A stretch of DNA of 63,829 bases, counting the filler, from Octopus bimaculoides (Eukaryota), in assembly GCF_001194135.2 (NCBI RefSeq). It is 5 parts of 4 records of this genome, joined end to end, with 100 filler letters (N's around TTAATTAATTAA, not from the genome) between each part and the next. Parts side by side here need not be neighbours in the genome. Positions count along the whole stretch, not along the records: positions 1 to 18,521 come from NC_068982.1; positions 18,622 to 46,496 come from NC_068988.1; 3 more parts are not named here. One strand, given 5' to 3'. The position numbers were made by a program, and so were the translations under genes. Below, piece by piece: positions 13,756-24,975 of the stretch; position 1 is the first letter of the stretch; every line of letters begins with the position of its first letter. The notes below the pieces were generated by a model. It was not told where the DNA came from and did no database searches. It saw only the letters and a program-made list of their open reading frames with translations.

Positions 13756-14143
13756 CGTGTATGCGGATATATATATATATTATTTTGGGGGGCGAATGTG
13801 TGGGTGACCATGTGTGTGTTTCAATTGAGGGTGGATGAGTATATATAAATAGGTGCATGTACGTGGGTGTGCGGGCGCACATGTGTATGTATGGACTGTT
13901 GCGCTTACGCGAATACTATGGACATTTTTACTCCCTCTCCTCACTTAGTGGTCATTGTAATAGCTCTTTTGTCTTAATAACGGTCTACTACACAATAATT
14001 TCCCTTTGTTTAACGGTCATTTTCATAGCAACATTCGATGGCCAGATAACTGAAGAGATGGCGGCGTGGGTTTCCGCCCCGGCATCCGAAACTCGGAGTT
14101 TTATCATGGTTACCGAATAATTGTCACGTATTATTTACAGATA
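13312..14143. mobile_element. Fold-back element: about 250-bp inverted arms around a (GT)n core, each arm carrying a hammerhead-like motif
   Basis: 13312-13560 is the diverged reverse complement of 13882-14143, with outer ends TATCTGTAAATAATACGTGACAATT / AATTGTCACGTATTATTTACAGATA. Confidence 0.88.
14039..14112 (+). ncRNA. Candidate type I hammerhead ribozyme (minimal stem III)
   Basis: Stem I GATAA/TTATC, core CTGAAGA (14050-14056), GC-rich stem II, GAAAC (14088-14092), near-palindromic ACTC-G-GAGT, and cleavage triplet GUU ending at 14100. Confidence 0.6.
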
Positions 14144-14149
14144 TATCCA

Positions 14150-14520
14150 TATATATAGAGAGAAAGAATTCACAAAAGAAAAGAAACAAAAGACGAAGAC
14201 AGGTGGTGTAGAAAACAAACAGATGTATTAGTATAACGCTCGGGAATTGAAAAAGTCTTTAACGTTTCGAGCCTACGCTCTTCCACAGAAAGGAACACAG
14301 AAAGAAACAAGGAGAGACAAAAATGTGTGTAGTGGTTAGCGATCTATCATGGCGAATGCCGGACAGAAGAGTCACGCAGGAGAGCTAAGAAGAAGGGGAG
14401 ATAACAAGATAGTAGTGACTCCAAAACGAAGGTGTGCGTGTGTGTAAGAGAGTATGTATGTGTGTGTGAAAGAGGGCTGTTGATTTTGACGTGTGCGTGT
14501 ATGTGTAGGTGTGAAAATGT
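14150..14520 (-). mobile_element. Penelope-type terminal repeat (pLTR-like) fragment
   Basis: Contains the minus-strand CTGTGGA-A-GAGC-GTAG-GCTC-GAAACGTT hammerhead-like motif; a related motif (TTGACGTTTCG / CGAAACGTCAA) occurs at 15262-15293. Confidence 0.5.
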
Positions 14521-15539
14521 GGGGATGGGAATTGGTCAGTGCTGGTGGTGTGTTGTGATGTGATGTGCTGTGTGGTATGGTGTAGTGTGGTGTGGTGTGG
14601 TGTGGTGTGGTGTGATGGTGTTGGGAGACGGNNNNNNNNNNNNNNNNNNNNNNNNNNNNNNNNNNNNNNNNNNNNNNNNNNNNNNNNNNNNNNNNNNNNN
14701 NNNNNNNNNNNNNNNNNNNNNNNNNNNNNNNNNNNNNNNNNNNNNNNNNNNNNNNNNNNNNNNNNNNNNNNNNNNNNNNNNNNNNNNNNNNNNNNNNNNN
14801 NNNNNNNNNNNNNNNNNNNNNNNNNNNNNNNNNNNNNNNNNNNNNNNNNNNNNNNNNNNNNNNNNNNNNNNNNNNNNNNNNNNNNNNNNNNNNNNNNNNN
14901 NNNNNNNNNGAATGTGTAGGAGTGGGGTGGGTGGGCTTATGAGGGAGGGTTGACGATGAAGAGAGAAGGAGAAGGTAGGTATGAGAGAAGAGAGTAAGAG
15001 AGAAGAGAGAGAGTAGGGGTGAAGGGAAGCAGGAGTCGGAGCAAGAGAGGAGAGGTGGGTAGGAGGAAGTAGGAGGGAGGGGGAGAGAGGCAAGGGGAGG
15101 AGGTTAGATGAAGAGGGGAGGAGAGTTGAGCCTATGTGGCGCAAAGGAGCGAAGAGAGATATATATGGTTTAGAATTGTACAAAAAATGTCAGACAGGTA
15201 AGGGAACAACAAACAAGATATATTAGTTTATTAGTTTGATGCTCAGGAAAAATGAAACTCTTTGACGTTTCGAATGAAGGCACGAAACGTCAATGAGGAG
15301 AGATAAGACGGAGGGAGAAGATAAATACATATACATATGTATACGTACATACACTCACACACATATATTCGCGTGTATCTTTGTGTGTGTGTGTGCACAC
15401 GTGTGTGAATGCAGAAGTATATGTGTGAACGTGGGCATCGTTATGTATTTGCAGTTTGCAGTTTTATTCCCACAGACGATGCCTGCTGCCACTGTCGCTG
15501 CCACCGCTGCTGCTACTGCTGATGACGATGCTGATGTTA

Positions 15540-15573
<34 letters not shown>

Positions 15574-16010
15574 TAACGATTTCTTTGAATACGAAACCGA
15601 CTACATGTTTCTGTTGTGTGCGGTTAGTGATAATGTTGGAAAAGTATTTATTGTTGGTATCAAATTAGGTTGGTGAGTTAGAAGTTGAGGAATCGGAGAT
15701 AAAAACATAGAGCCCGAAAAATATAAGAACAAACAAAAATTCTCAAAAGTTATAGAAAATATATAGACTTGTAAATTCCTTGGAAGTCTACTTTCATACA
15801 CAACTACATACCCACATTGAGACACACACACACACATGTATATATATATNNNNNNNNNNNNNNNNNNNNNNNNNNNNNNNNNNNNNNNNNNNNNNNNNNN
15901 NNNNNNNNNNNNNNNNNNNNNNNNNNNNNNNNNNNNNNNNNNNNNNNNNNNNNNNNNNNNNNNNNNNNNNNNNNNNNNNNNNNNNNNNNNNNNNNNNNNN
16001 NNNTATATAT

Positions 16011-17040
16011 AAACGCCGGTGTTAAAATGGGGGTAGCTGATGAAGGAAAATGTTCTCTATGTGGCCTGTGTGTTTTCTGTACTCTGGTTATTATTATTTT
16101 CTTATCTACGTTTTGTTGGCAATGTCCTGTACCCAGATATGCACCTATATATACAGGTAGATGTAGGTATGCACATACCTGTACGTATATATGCATATAC
16201 TCATTTATTATTTGTTTTACATGATCGAACGCCTGCGTCATCCCTGTAAGTAGTTTTTTTAACTTTATATTTTCTGACGCGACTCTATCTCTATCTCTAT
16301 CCCTTTTCCCCCTCTCGTTCTTCCTCTGTTACTACTACGTATCTCTCTTTAGCCCTCTCGTTCTTCCTTCTGTTACTACTATATCTCTCTCTCTCTTTCC
16401 GCTCTCGTTCTTCCTTTTGTTACTATGTTTTTTCTCTCTTCCTCTCTTTCTCTCGTTGCTCACCTATTCTTCTACGTCCTTCCCTTGTTTCTCCCTCTAC
16501 CACTCTCTCTCTTCTTTACCCCTCCCTGGTCACATGTTTCCGGTCACTAATTCTTTTCTTCCTTGGCTATCGCCGAGCAAACACGTGAACTTACTTCGTC
16601 CCGCTTTCAGTTCGTGCCTCATAACGTTCATATACACATAATTTTTCACGTTTGGCCGCATAGCCTTTTCCGTTTGTTTTCCTGTCTTGTTTTCTTTTCC
16701 GTTTGTTTTCCTGTCTTGTTTTTTCTCCCCCACGACTTTCCTCCATGGCACAAGTTTAATTTGTGTATACAAATTTAACTTGCTGTCCATGGGAAGAGCC
16801 ATTTTAACGATGCGTCCTGCTTTGCTCTTCGAAACGCGGTGTTAAAATGGGGGTAGCTGATGAAGGAAAATATTCTCTATGTGGCCTGTGTGTTTTCTGT
16901 ACTCTGGTTATTATTATTTTCTTGTCTACGTTTTGTTTGCAATGTCCTGTACCCAGATATGCACCTATATATACAGGTAGACGTAGGTATGCACATACCT
17001 GTACGTATGTATGCATATACTCATTTATTATTTGTTTTAT
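16011..17040 (+). repeat. About 210-bp direct repeat pair with 820-bp period (pLTR-like)
   Basis: 16011-16220 and 16831-17040 are near-identical (GTTAAAATGGGGGTAGCTGATGAAGGAAAA..). Confidence 0.85.
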
Positions 17041-17198
17041 ATGTATATATATATTTGTTTACACGCACACGTTCACACGGATCTATCCATCAATCTGTCA
17101 GACTATATGTATGAGCATCTAAATCAATCAGTCGCATTGTAAGCATTAAAATGTATTGTAATGTTCGTGTCAGAGTTGCTCTTGTGGCAAACGACAAT

Positions 17199-17239
<41 letters not shown>

Positions 17240-18179
17240 TCATCATCATTATGATCATCATTATTGTTATTACTTTTTCCTCACACTTTCTATATCCTCA
17301 ATATAAAGCGTTACTTTTTCGTTGCCGACATTTCTCAAGTCACGGCTTTCATAGAATTTGGCGCAGAATTTTTTTGTTTGTTTGTTTTTACATCTTCAAA
17401 TCATCATTGTTCACAATGTTGCTGTTGTTGTTATCATTGTTCCAATGCTGGCTACAGGAGTGGTTTCGGCTGCTGTTGTTTGTTTTCGTTCGTATTTCCA
17501 GTCTTTCTTTAACAAATAAAAAAAAAACTATTTTTCTAAATAAAAATTTTTTTTTTTATTTTTGTGTCTTTTCTTTTGTATTTTCTGGTGAATTTTTTGT
17601 TCTTTTGTTGTTGCTATTGTTTATTGTTGTTATTGTTGTATCTATGGAACTTTTCTATGAATACTGGAAAGTACCTAGGAAGTTTAGTTAAATGTATTAC
17701 CATCTAAACTCCAAACACACATAAACTGACTGCTCTGGTGACCTTTCCTACGCTGTAGGTGACCAGAGTCGCTGCTCTCTTGATTGTATTATGTCAGTGA
17801 TGGCGGTCTGGGCACGGCAAGAACTCTTAATTTCAATTTTTGTTCTTCAATAGAGTGACTTGTGTTTTCAAGCAATTATATTCAACTATTCTTTATTCTA
17901 TTGCAAGACATACAACTAAAAGAAGTTGTTACTGCAACTACTAACGCTTACAAATTGTGCTACTGTTTTTGATGTCCGTCGTCGTTGTTTTTGTTCTTGA
18001 TCTGTTTAGGCCCCAAATCCTGGGGAAATGTCTCTTTGATGCCGTAAGCTGTTACCCTCAATACATAAACAGAACTGACTAATAGTCAAATTGGTTGAGG
18101 TTGATTTCAATAATAATAATAGCAGCAATAATGTTTTCAAATTTTGGCACAAGGCCAGCAAATTTAGTGGAGAGAGTCC

Positions 18180-18521
18180 ACTTTGAATTCGCAGGTGTAT
18201 TTCCGTATCAAGATTTCCATCATCTTGAACAGAGCTTCCCAGGTAGACAAATGAATTTACAACCTCAAGTAACTTTCCCGTAACAAAAATTTTAGGGAGG
18301 TTACAAACAGCACCATACGCAGGTTGATACATCACAACTGTTTTTTTCAGATTGATGGTCAGGCCAAAATCATCACAAGCTGCATCAAATGCAGATACAA
18401 GGGATTGCAGACCCGATTCAGAATGACTAACCAGATCGCAATCGTCAGCATACAAAATTTCCCTAATAAGTGAAGTAAAAACCTTCGTTTTAAACTTCAG
18501 TCGGGTCAAATTAAAAACATT
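18180..18521 (-). mobile_element. RTE-clade LINE reverse transcriptase fragment
   Basis: REILYADDCDLV..FGLTINLKKTVVMYQP..FVYLGS..DTEIHLRI matches the RTE/BovB-type RT C-terminal pattern; abuts a gap. Confidence 0.85.
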
Positions 18522-18621
18522 NNNNNNNNNNNNNNNNNNNNNNNNNNNNNNNNNNNNNNNNNNNNTTAATTAATTAANNNNNNNNNNNNNNNNNNNNNNN
18601 NNNNNNNNNNNNNNNNNNNNN
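18522..18621. other. Artificial scaffold linker (44 N + TTAATTAATTAA + 44 N)
   Basis: Identical 100-bp construct also at 46497-46596, 56871-56970 and 59397-59496; the 12-mer gives stops in all six frames. Confidence 0.95.
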
Positions 18622-18685
18622 GTGTCTCTCAACGATCACCAGTCCTGCAACATGGAACATCGGTGTTCGTTTCCATTCTGGATGA

Positions 18686-18719
<34 letters not shown>

Positions 18720-19102
18720 AGCGCACACACACACACACACACGTGCGCGCGTGCGTGCGATGGGTTTCTCTCAGTTACCATCTACCAAATCCATTCGCAA
18801 AGCTTTGGTCGGTCCAAGGCTATAGCAAGAGACACTCGCCCAAGGTGTTACACAGTGGGACTGAACCTGGAACCATGTGGTTGGGGAGAAAACTTACCAC
18901 ATAGCCATGGCTATGGCCATATTATTTGTGTATGTATTCAAGACATGGGTAAGGATAACTGGAAACAACTTTTGTCTGTTAATACATAACTGAGGCAAGG
19001 AGAATGATGTGTTGTCTTGCTCGATAGCGAAAGGTTGTTGTGTTACGATAAGCTTGGATAGATTATAATAAATGTGTGGTTAATCCACTCTAGTTTGAAG
19101 GT

Positions 19103-19496
19103 TTAATCCTCTTAACATTGTCACACTATTCTGTCAATGTAAATACATATTTATTCATATTGTTTTGAATTAATCCTGTATTATCTCGAAGCTTTGAGGT
19201 TCCAATGATGTGATTGTTCGTTTTTAGAATGGCATTGTAGGGTGTGTATGAAAGGTCAGATATGGCCGGTTTAACCTTTTAGCATTCAGATTACTTTGTC
19301 GAATGTAAATACATATTTATCCACATTGTTTTGAATTAATCCTGTATTATCTCATAGCTTCATGATTTCGAGGATGTGATTGTTTCTTTTCAGAATGACA
19401 TTGTAGGGTGTGTGTGAGAGGTTGAATCTGGCAAGTTGGAACATAAAACAGCTGGAGCGTTTGGATCAGATGTGGCCAATTTAAATGCTAATGGGT
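19103..19496. mobile_element. Tandem pair of TTAA-type MITE copies
   Basis: 19103-19274 and 19271-19496 are diverged copies sharing the central TTAA. The second has ends TTAACCTTTTAGCATT..AATGCTAATGGGT. Confidence 0.6.
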
Positions 19497-19712
19497 GGTC
19501 TGTTCCTGTAGATGTGGGGTTCATGGAATGCTTATACAGACAATGGGTTCTGTGACAGAGTTGAAAGGGTCTGCATTAATACAGAACAGCTAAGTGATGG
19601 GTAGGGGAATGGGGTGCTCTAGAGAATAAAGAATTTCAGTTGCCAAGAGTTTCATGCATCACACTTATCAAGTGATAAGTGCCATGTTAATGATTATTAT
19701 TATTATTATTAA

Positions 19713-19910
19713 GGCGGTGAGCTGGCAGAATTGTTAGCACGCTGGGCGAAATGCTTAGTGGTATTTTGTCTGTCTTCACGTTCTGAGTTCAATTTTGCCT
19801 TTCATCCTTTCAGGGGCCGATAAAATAAGTACCAGTTGTGCACTGGGGTTGATGCGCTCAACTTACACCCTCCCTGAAATTGCTGGCCTTGTGCTAAAAT
19901 TTGAAATTAT
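19713..19910 (+). mobile_element. tRNA-derived SINE, family B (GGCGGTGAGCTGGCAGAA head)
   Basis: Recurrent element; other copies at 20990-21205 (+), 32270-32460 (-), 33780-33950 (-), 33965-34180 (-), 39575-39735 (-), 43282-43500 (+) and 51724-51793 (+). Confidence 0.8.
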
Positions 19911-20562
19911 TGTCATCATTATTATTTAAACTGCTATGATTCAGCTCCATGTGACTTAGTTCCGCAGGCTTCTAACAGAAACGTGGATTGTTCAGGCTCA
20001 GATAACCAAATGGAGAAATCCAAGCCCAAGGGGCCTGCGAAACTTTACATTGCATGGAGCTGAATCAAACTGTTTTAAATAATAGTACATCTAACTTCTA
20101 CTCAATGAGTTGAGTGCCCCTTTCTCTCGTGTGTGTGTATGTGTGTATATATATATATATATTTCGAGAGAGAGAGAGAGAGAGCAGTCATTTACTCAAC
20201 ATGCAGGAATTGAACACCTATTTTGTATATCTTTAACTACCTCTGAAGAGATTCGACTTTCAAATAATTTTTCATTTAATTAATTAATTTTTCTGAAGGT
20301 CTAGAATTGAAACAGCTGCAAGGGACGTTTGTCAATTTTTTAATTCATAAATAATAATTTCTTAATTACCTCTCTATTTTCTCATCTTATTATAATAAAT
20401 ATATATATATACATACATACCTAATTAGGAATCATATATTACTTACTTCGTGGCCCTAATTGCCTTCCCCTCAGAATGGTAATAAATCTTAACTGCACTA
20501 ATTCCTTTATCCTATATAAATTTGAATTTTTCTTCTCAGTCTATGGAAAAAGCAAATGAAAA

Positions 20563-20613
<51 letters not shown>

Positions 20614-21681
20614 CACCACCACCACCACCACCATTATCATCCATTGACAAAGTTTTGATTTCTAGGTTGTGATAATTTTAAGCACGAATGCTAAAACATC
20701 CTTCTTTCTTGTGGCCCCTTTTCCCCTTTAGATCTGAAATTTTTCAATTATATAATCAACAACAATATTATTATTATTATTATTATCATTATTGGTAATA
20801 TGGCAGGCTGAGTTCAATTCCTGCCAAGATCAAAGTTTGCCTTTCATCCTTTCCGGGTTGATAAAATGAAGAACCAGTCAAGAGCTGGAGTTGACCAGTG
20901 TCAACTGACCGCTTTCTCCCTACAGAATCGTTGACCTTGTGCCTAAAATCAGAAACCATTATTTTTATTATTATTATTATTATTAATAATGTGGCAAGTT
21001 GGCAGAATTGGTAAAGTACCAGAAAAAAAATGCCTTCTGCTATTTCTTCTGGTTTTTTCCATTCTGAGTTCAAATCCTGCTAAAGTAGACTCTACCTTTC
21101 ATCCCTTTTGAGTCGGTATAATTGAGTACCTGTCAGGCATTAAGGTTGACGGCATCAACCAGCTCCCTCCCCTTAAAATTGCTGGCCTTGTGCCTAAGTT
21201 AGAAACAATTATTGTTTTATTGCTATATTTATTAATAAAAAATATCTCCATGGTTTTCAATGGATTATATAATCTTGCAAAATAATTCTTATTATCATTA
21301 TTATTAATAATAATATTAACGTTATTGCTTCTTTATTTGCTAAATATTTTGATACGATAGAAATATTAACATACACACACACACATCAACCAGTAATACA
21401 TTAATAAATGTTAATATATATAGTTTGACGACCTGCTACAATTATAATTTCTTATATTATCATTATTATTATTTATTTATTTATTTTTTTCAAATTTTGA
21501 CATGTTTCCTTAAAACTGTGATATAAAGTTTGTGGAGTATAATAATTATAATAAAAATATATATATGCTATACACAAGCTATGTGAAACTTAAAATGTGT
21601 GTTTGTGTCTTTTTTTCTTCCAAACTCTTTTGCTATTAGAAAATTACTATTCTTCAATTTCACAAGAGATATTCAGCAACA

Positions 21682-22047
21682 GTGTGTGGTAAGTAGCTTG
21701 CTTACCAACCACATGGTTCCGGGTTCAGTCCCACTGCGTGGCATCTTGGGCAAGTGTCTTCTACTATAGCCTCAGGCCGACGAAAGCCTTGTGAGTGGAT
21801 TTGGTAGACGGAAACTGAAAGAAGCCCGTCATATATATATATGTGTGTGTGTGTCTGTGTTTGTCCCCCTAGCATTGCTTGACAACCAATGCTGGTGTGT
21901 TTATGTCCCCGTCACTTAGCGTCTTGGCAAAAGAGATCGATAGAATAAGTACTAGGCTTACAAAGAATAAGTTCCGGGGTCAATTTGCTCGACTAAAGGC
22001 GGTGCTCCAGCATGGCCGCAGTCAAATGACTGAAACAAGTAAAAGAG
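21682..22047 (+). mobile_element. tRNA-derived SINE, family A (composite, internal TA/GT microsatellite)
   Basis: Head GTGTGGTAAGTAGCTTGCTTACC..GGTTCAGTCCC and tail GCTCCAGCATGGCCGCAGTCAAATGACTGAAACAAGTAAAAGAG. Copies or partial copies at 18700-18910, 23090-23370, 25250-25400, 25780-26060, 28680-28840, 33360-33670, 35210-35340, 35820-36189 and 62390-63450. Confidence 0.85.
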
Positions 22048-22879
22048 TATATATATATATAAATGGAACAAAAATGCAATAGAGGGCATTAAAACGTTCA
22101 GGCAGATAGGCGGACAAGAGACAGGCAAAAAAAGATGGGTTTCTTTCAACAGTCAAGTCCCAGAAGTCATGACCATTTTGGGCAGTTACACTTGAGATGG
22201 TTTGATCTGGTTAGACAGGTGTATAAACAATAAGCAGGTGGATTAGTTTGACACTTGGGAAGGTGAGAAAGTCTTTTATGTTTCAAGCCCATGCTCTTCA
22301 ACAGAAAAGAAACAGAGAAAGAATTAAAAGAAAAAACTTGCGGATTTACAATGTATGAAGTAAGAAAAAAAACAGAAAGTTCAAAAAAGTTCAAACATCG
22401 TGGTGTATTGGATTGATTTTTCATCAATGGAAGAATCCAGCGAAATCCATAAGTATATCCCGTGTTAATCCAGGTGGAGTGACACACTCTTTGTCTCTTG
22501 CTCTTCCCTCTGGCTGGGTGGTCATGTATCTCCTCTACAGCAGCACACCCGTTTCTGTCCTCATTCCTGATCACTCTCTCTCTCTCTCTCTCTCCCTCTT
22601 TCTGGCTGGATAACCATGTAACTCCTCTACAAGAAGACATCAGTTTCTGTCTCTCTGTCACACTCTAACCTATCATCATCTGGCACAAGATCACCCACTC
22701 CAATTCCACCCCCACCTCTTCTCTCAAATTCTTTACTGAGAGTTTGTGAGGGAACCATGCATTATAGCAAGAAATGTATCCTAGTTTCACCAAGAGTTCA
22801 TGAACCATACTTTTAGAAACTTCCAACTCCTCTGCGAGTTATTTAAGTGTGATATTTGAATTTTCTTTGATTTTTCCCT

Positions 22880-23075
22880 TCAAAACATCTTCATCCAATT
22901 TTGAAGGTCATCCACTGCGACTGTCGTCTTCCAAGCTAAATTCTCCAGCTTTAAATTTCGCAAACCACCTTCGAACAGTTGATTCACCTTCAGCAGCATC
23001 ACCATAAACTTCAGAAATGTTTTTGCAAGTCTTTGCAGCATTTTCTCCTTTTCTGAAAGACAGAAAAGCATTACA
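22880..23075 (-). mobile_element. Tc1/mariner transposase N-terminal (HTH) fragment
   Basis: GENAAKTCKNISEVYGD..ESTVRRWFAKFKAGEFSLEDDSRSG fits the Mos1-type HTH motif. Confidence 0.85.
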
Positions 23076-23678
23076 GTGCGAATATGATTTGGTAGATGGA
23101 AACTGAAAGAAGCCTATCGTATATATATATATATGTCTATATCTGTGTATGTATCTTTGTGTCTGTGGTTGTCCCACACCAATACTTGTCGACCATTGTT
23201 TGTTTGTTTATGTCCCCATAACTTAGAGGTTCGGCAAAAGAGACTGATAGAATAAATACTAGGCTTATAAAAAATAAGTGCTGGGGGTCGATTTCTTTGA
23301 TTAAAACCCTTCAAGGTGGAGCTCCAGCATGGCCACAGTCAAATTACTCAAACAAGTAAAAGAATAAATGCGTGTGTGTGTGTGTGTGTGAATGTGCGCG
23401 CCTGCGTGTGTATTTGGGTTTGTGTACACCCCCGACACACACCGCTTGACAACTGATGTTTTGTTTGCATCCAAGTAACGTAGAGGTTCGACAGAAAAGA
23501 AGCCGATAGAATAAGTACCAGGATTAGAAAAAAAAACATAATAAGTCCTGGAAACGATTCCTTCTGCTAAAACTCGTCAAGGTGGTGCTCAAGTATGGCC
23601 ACAGTCCAAAGCCTGAAACAAGTAAATGAGGTCAAAGTGAGACCAGTTAAAAATATCTCAGGGACACGTTTTCCCCTT

Positions 23679-23716
23679 ACACCGCTTCAACGAAACCGGT
23701 TTCGTTGAAGCGGTGT
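23679..23716. promoter_or_regulatory. Perfect 38-bp palindrome about 70 bp upstream of the putative ClpP start
   Basis: ACACCGCTTCAACGAAACC|GGTTTCGTTGAAGCGGTGT, no spacer and no mismatch. The palindrome is certain; a regulatory role is only inferred from position. Confidence 0.4.
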
Positions 23717-23784
23717 CGCTGCAAATCCTGTTCAGCTTTAATTTTTCACGTGTTTCTTTGGAAGTATTTTGTTTATCTCAAATA

Positions 23785-23802
23785 ATGTTATTACGATATG
23801 TG
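23785..23802 (+). CDS. CLPP: ClpP putative first coding exon (MLLRYV)
   Basis: ATG..GTG|GTAATT, phase 0, matching the next exon; yields an Arg-rich, acid-free transit peptide [21 protein letters not shown]. Confidence 0.5.
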
Positions 23803-24975
23803 GTAATTGTTTATCTATTTTCATATATATATATATATACGCATAAATATATACTTTTTCTCTAATTTCTGCTGTTGAAATTTGTTAGTTTGCCCTTTGT
23901 TACGTTTAATTAATAAGATTTTGTGTTTGTCCTTGGTTAATAACTTGTAGTTTTCGACCCATTTAAGAAACAATATATGTCAAGTACTTTAAAGAACCTT
24001 GTTTTACTTTGAAATATAAATATATATTTACCCCGTTGTCTTTTGTTATGAAATTTATATCGATAATTGATTACTTACTTACAGTATTATTATAAATATC
24101 ATTGGAATGTTTTGAACGTAGAAAAAAGAACGAAGGTGCAGTTGTTGTTGTTTAGCCCCAGGACAACTTTAATCGAGCAGCCCTATGATCTAAGGTGTTC
24201 CAACTGTGACGATCCCATCTTTTTTCGATTATATCAGTCACTATATTTAGCGGAGTTTCGAAATAGCTATCACTATCTCCTGGCAAAGAAAAAAAAAGAA
24301 GGGGGCACGGAATTCTTTTTTTTTCTTTCTCTATGAGATTATGTGTGATAGCTCTTCCGAAGATGCACGCCACATCATTCAATGTATCCTTCTTTATTTT
24401 AAGTGGCGTGATGCTATTTAAAGGAGGTTTGGCTGTTATTTCCAACAACTCGAGCTACTATGAACGTTCCTCACTCGTTCGTGTCCTGCTAAAGCGTAAA
24501 TTTTTATCATGAGTCGGATAGTTTGACAATAACAGGCGGGTCAGAGGGCCCAACCAGGTTCTATATCTGCTTTGGTATGGTTTCTGCAGCCAATCCCTAA
24601 ACAGGGTGTACTGGGGGCTTTTTTTGTGTAGGCTNNNNNNNNNNNNNNNNNNNNNNNNNNNNNNNNNNNNNNNNNNNNNNNNNNNNNNNNNNNNNNNNNN
24701 NNNNNNNNNNNNNNNNNNNNNNNNNNNNNNNNNNNNNNNNNNNNNNNNNNNNNNNNNNNNNNNNNNNNNNNNNNNNNNNNNNNNNNNNNNNNNNNNNNNN
24801 NNNNNNNNGGGTCGATAAAATAAGTACCATTGACCCTCTGGGGTCAATATAATATCCTTCCCCTGAAATTGCTGGCCTTGTGCCAAAATTTGAAACCAAT
24901 GTTACAAAACAAACTTATATTTTCTTCTTTCTCCCTTTTCATCTCCTTCTTTCATTCTTTCTTTCTTTTCAACAG

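Noticed and set aside
15475-15656. Acidic Ala/Asp-rich exon (also acceptor-led frames at 53559 and 54360-54465)
   Set aside because: Largely GCT/GAT triplet repeat or featureless frames with no recognisable homology or partner exons.
16792-16850. HDV-like ribozyme pseudoknot (GAAGAGC/GCTCTTC crossing CATTTTAAC/GTTAAAATG)
   Set aside because: No convincing P3/L3, P1.1 or P4/J4-2 catalytic C could be assigned.
24411-24512. Alternative ClpP first exon (MLFKGGLAV..)
   Set aside because: The only good donor is in phase 1, whereas the next exon needs phase 0.
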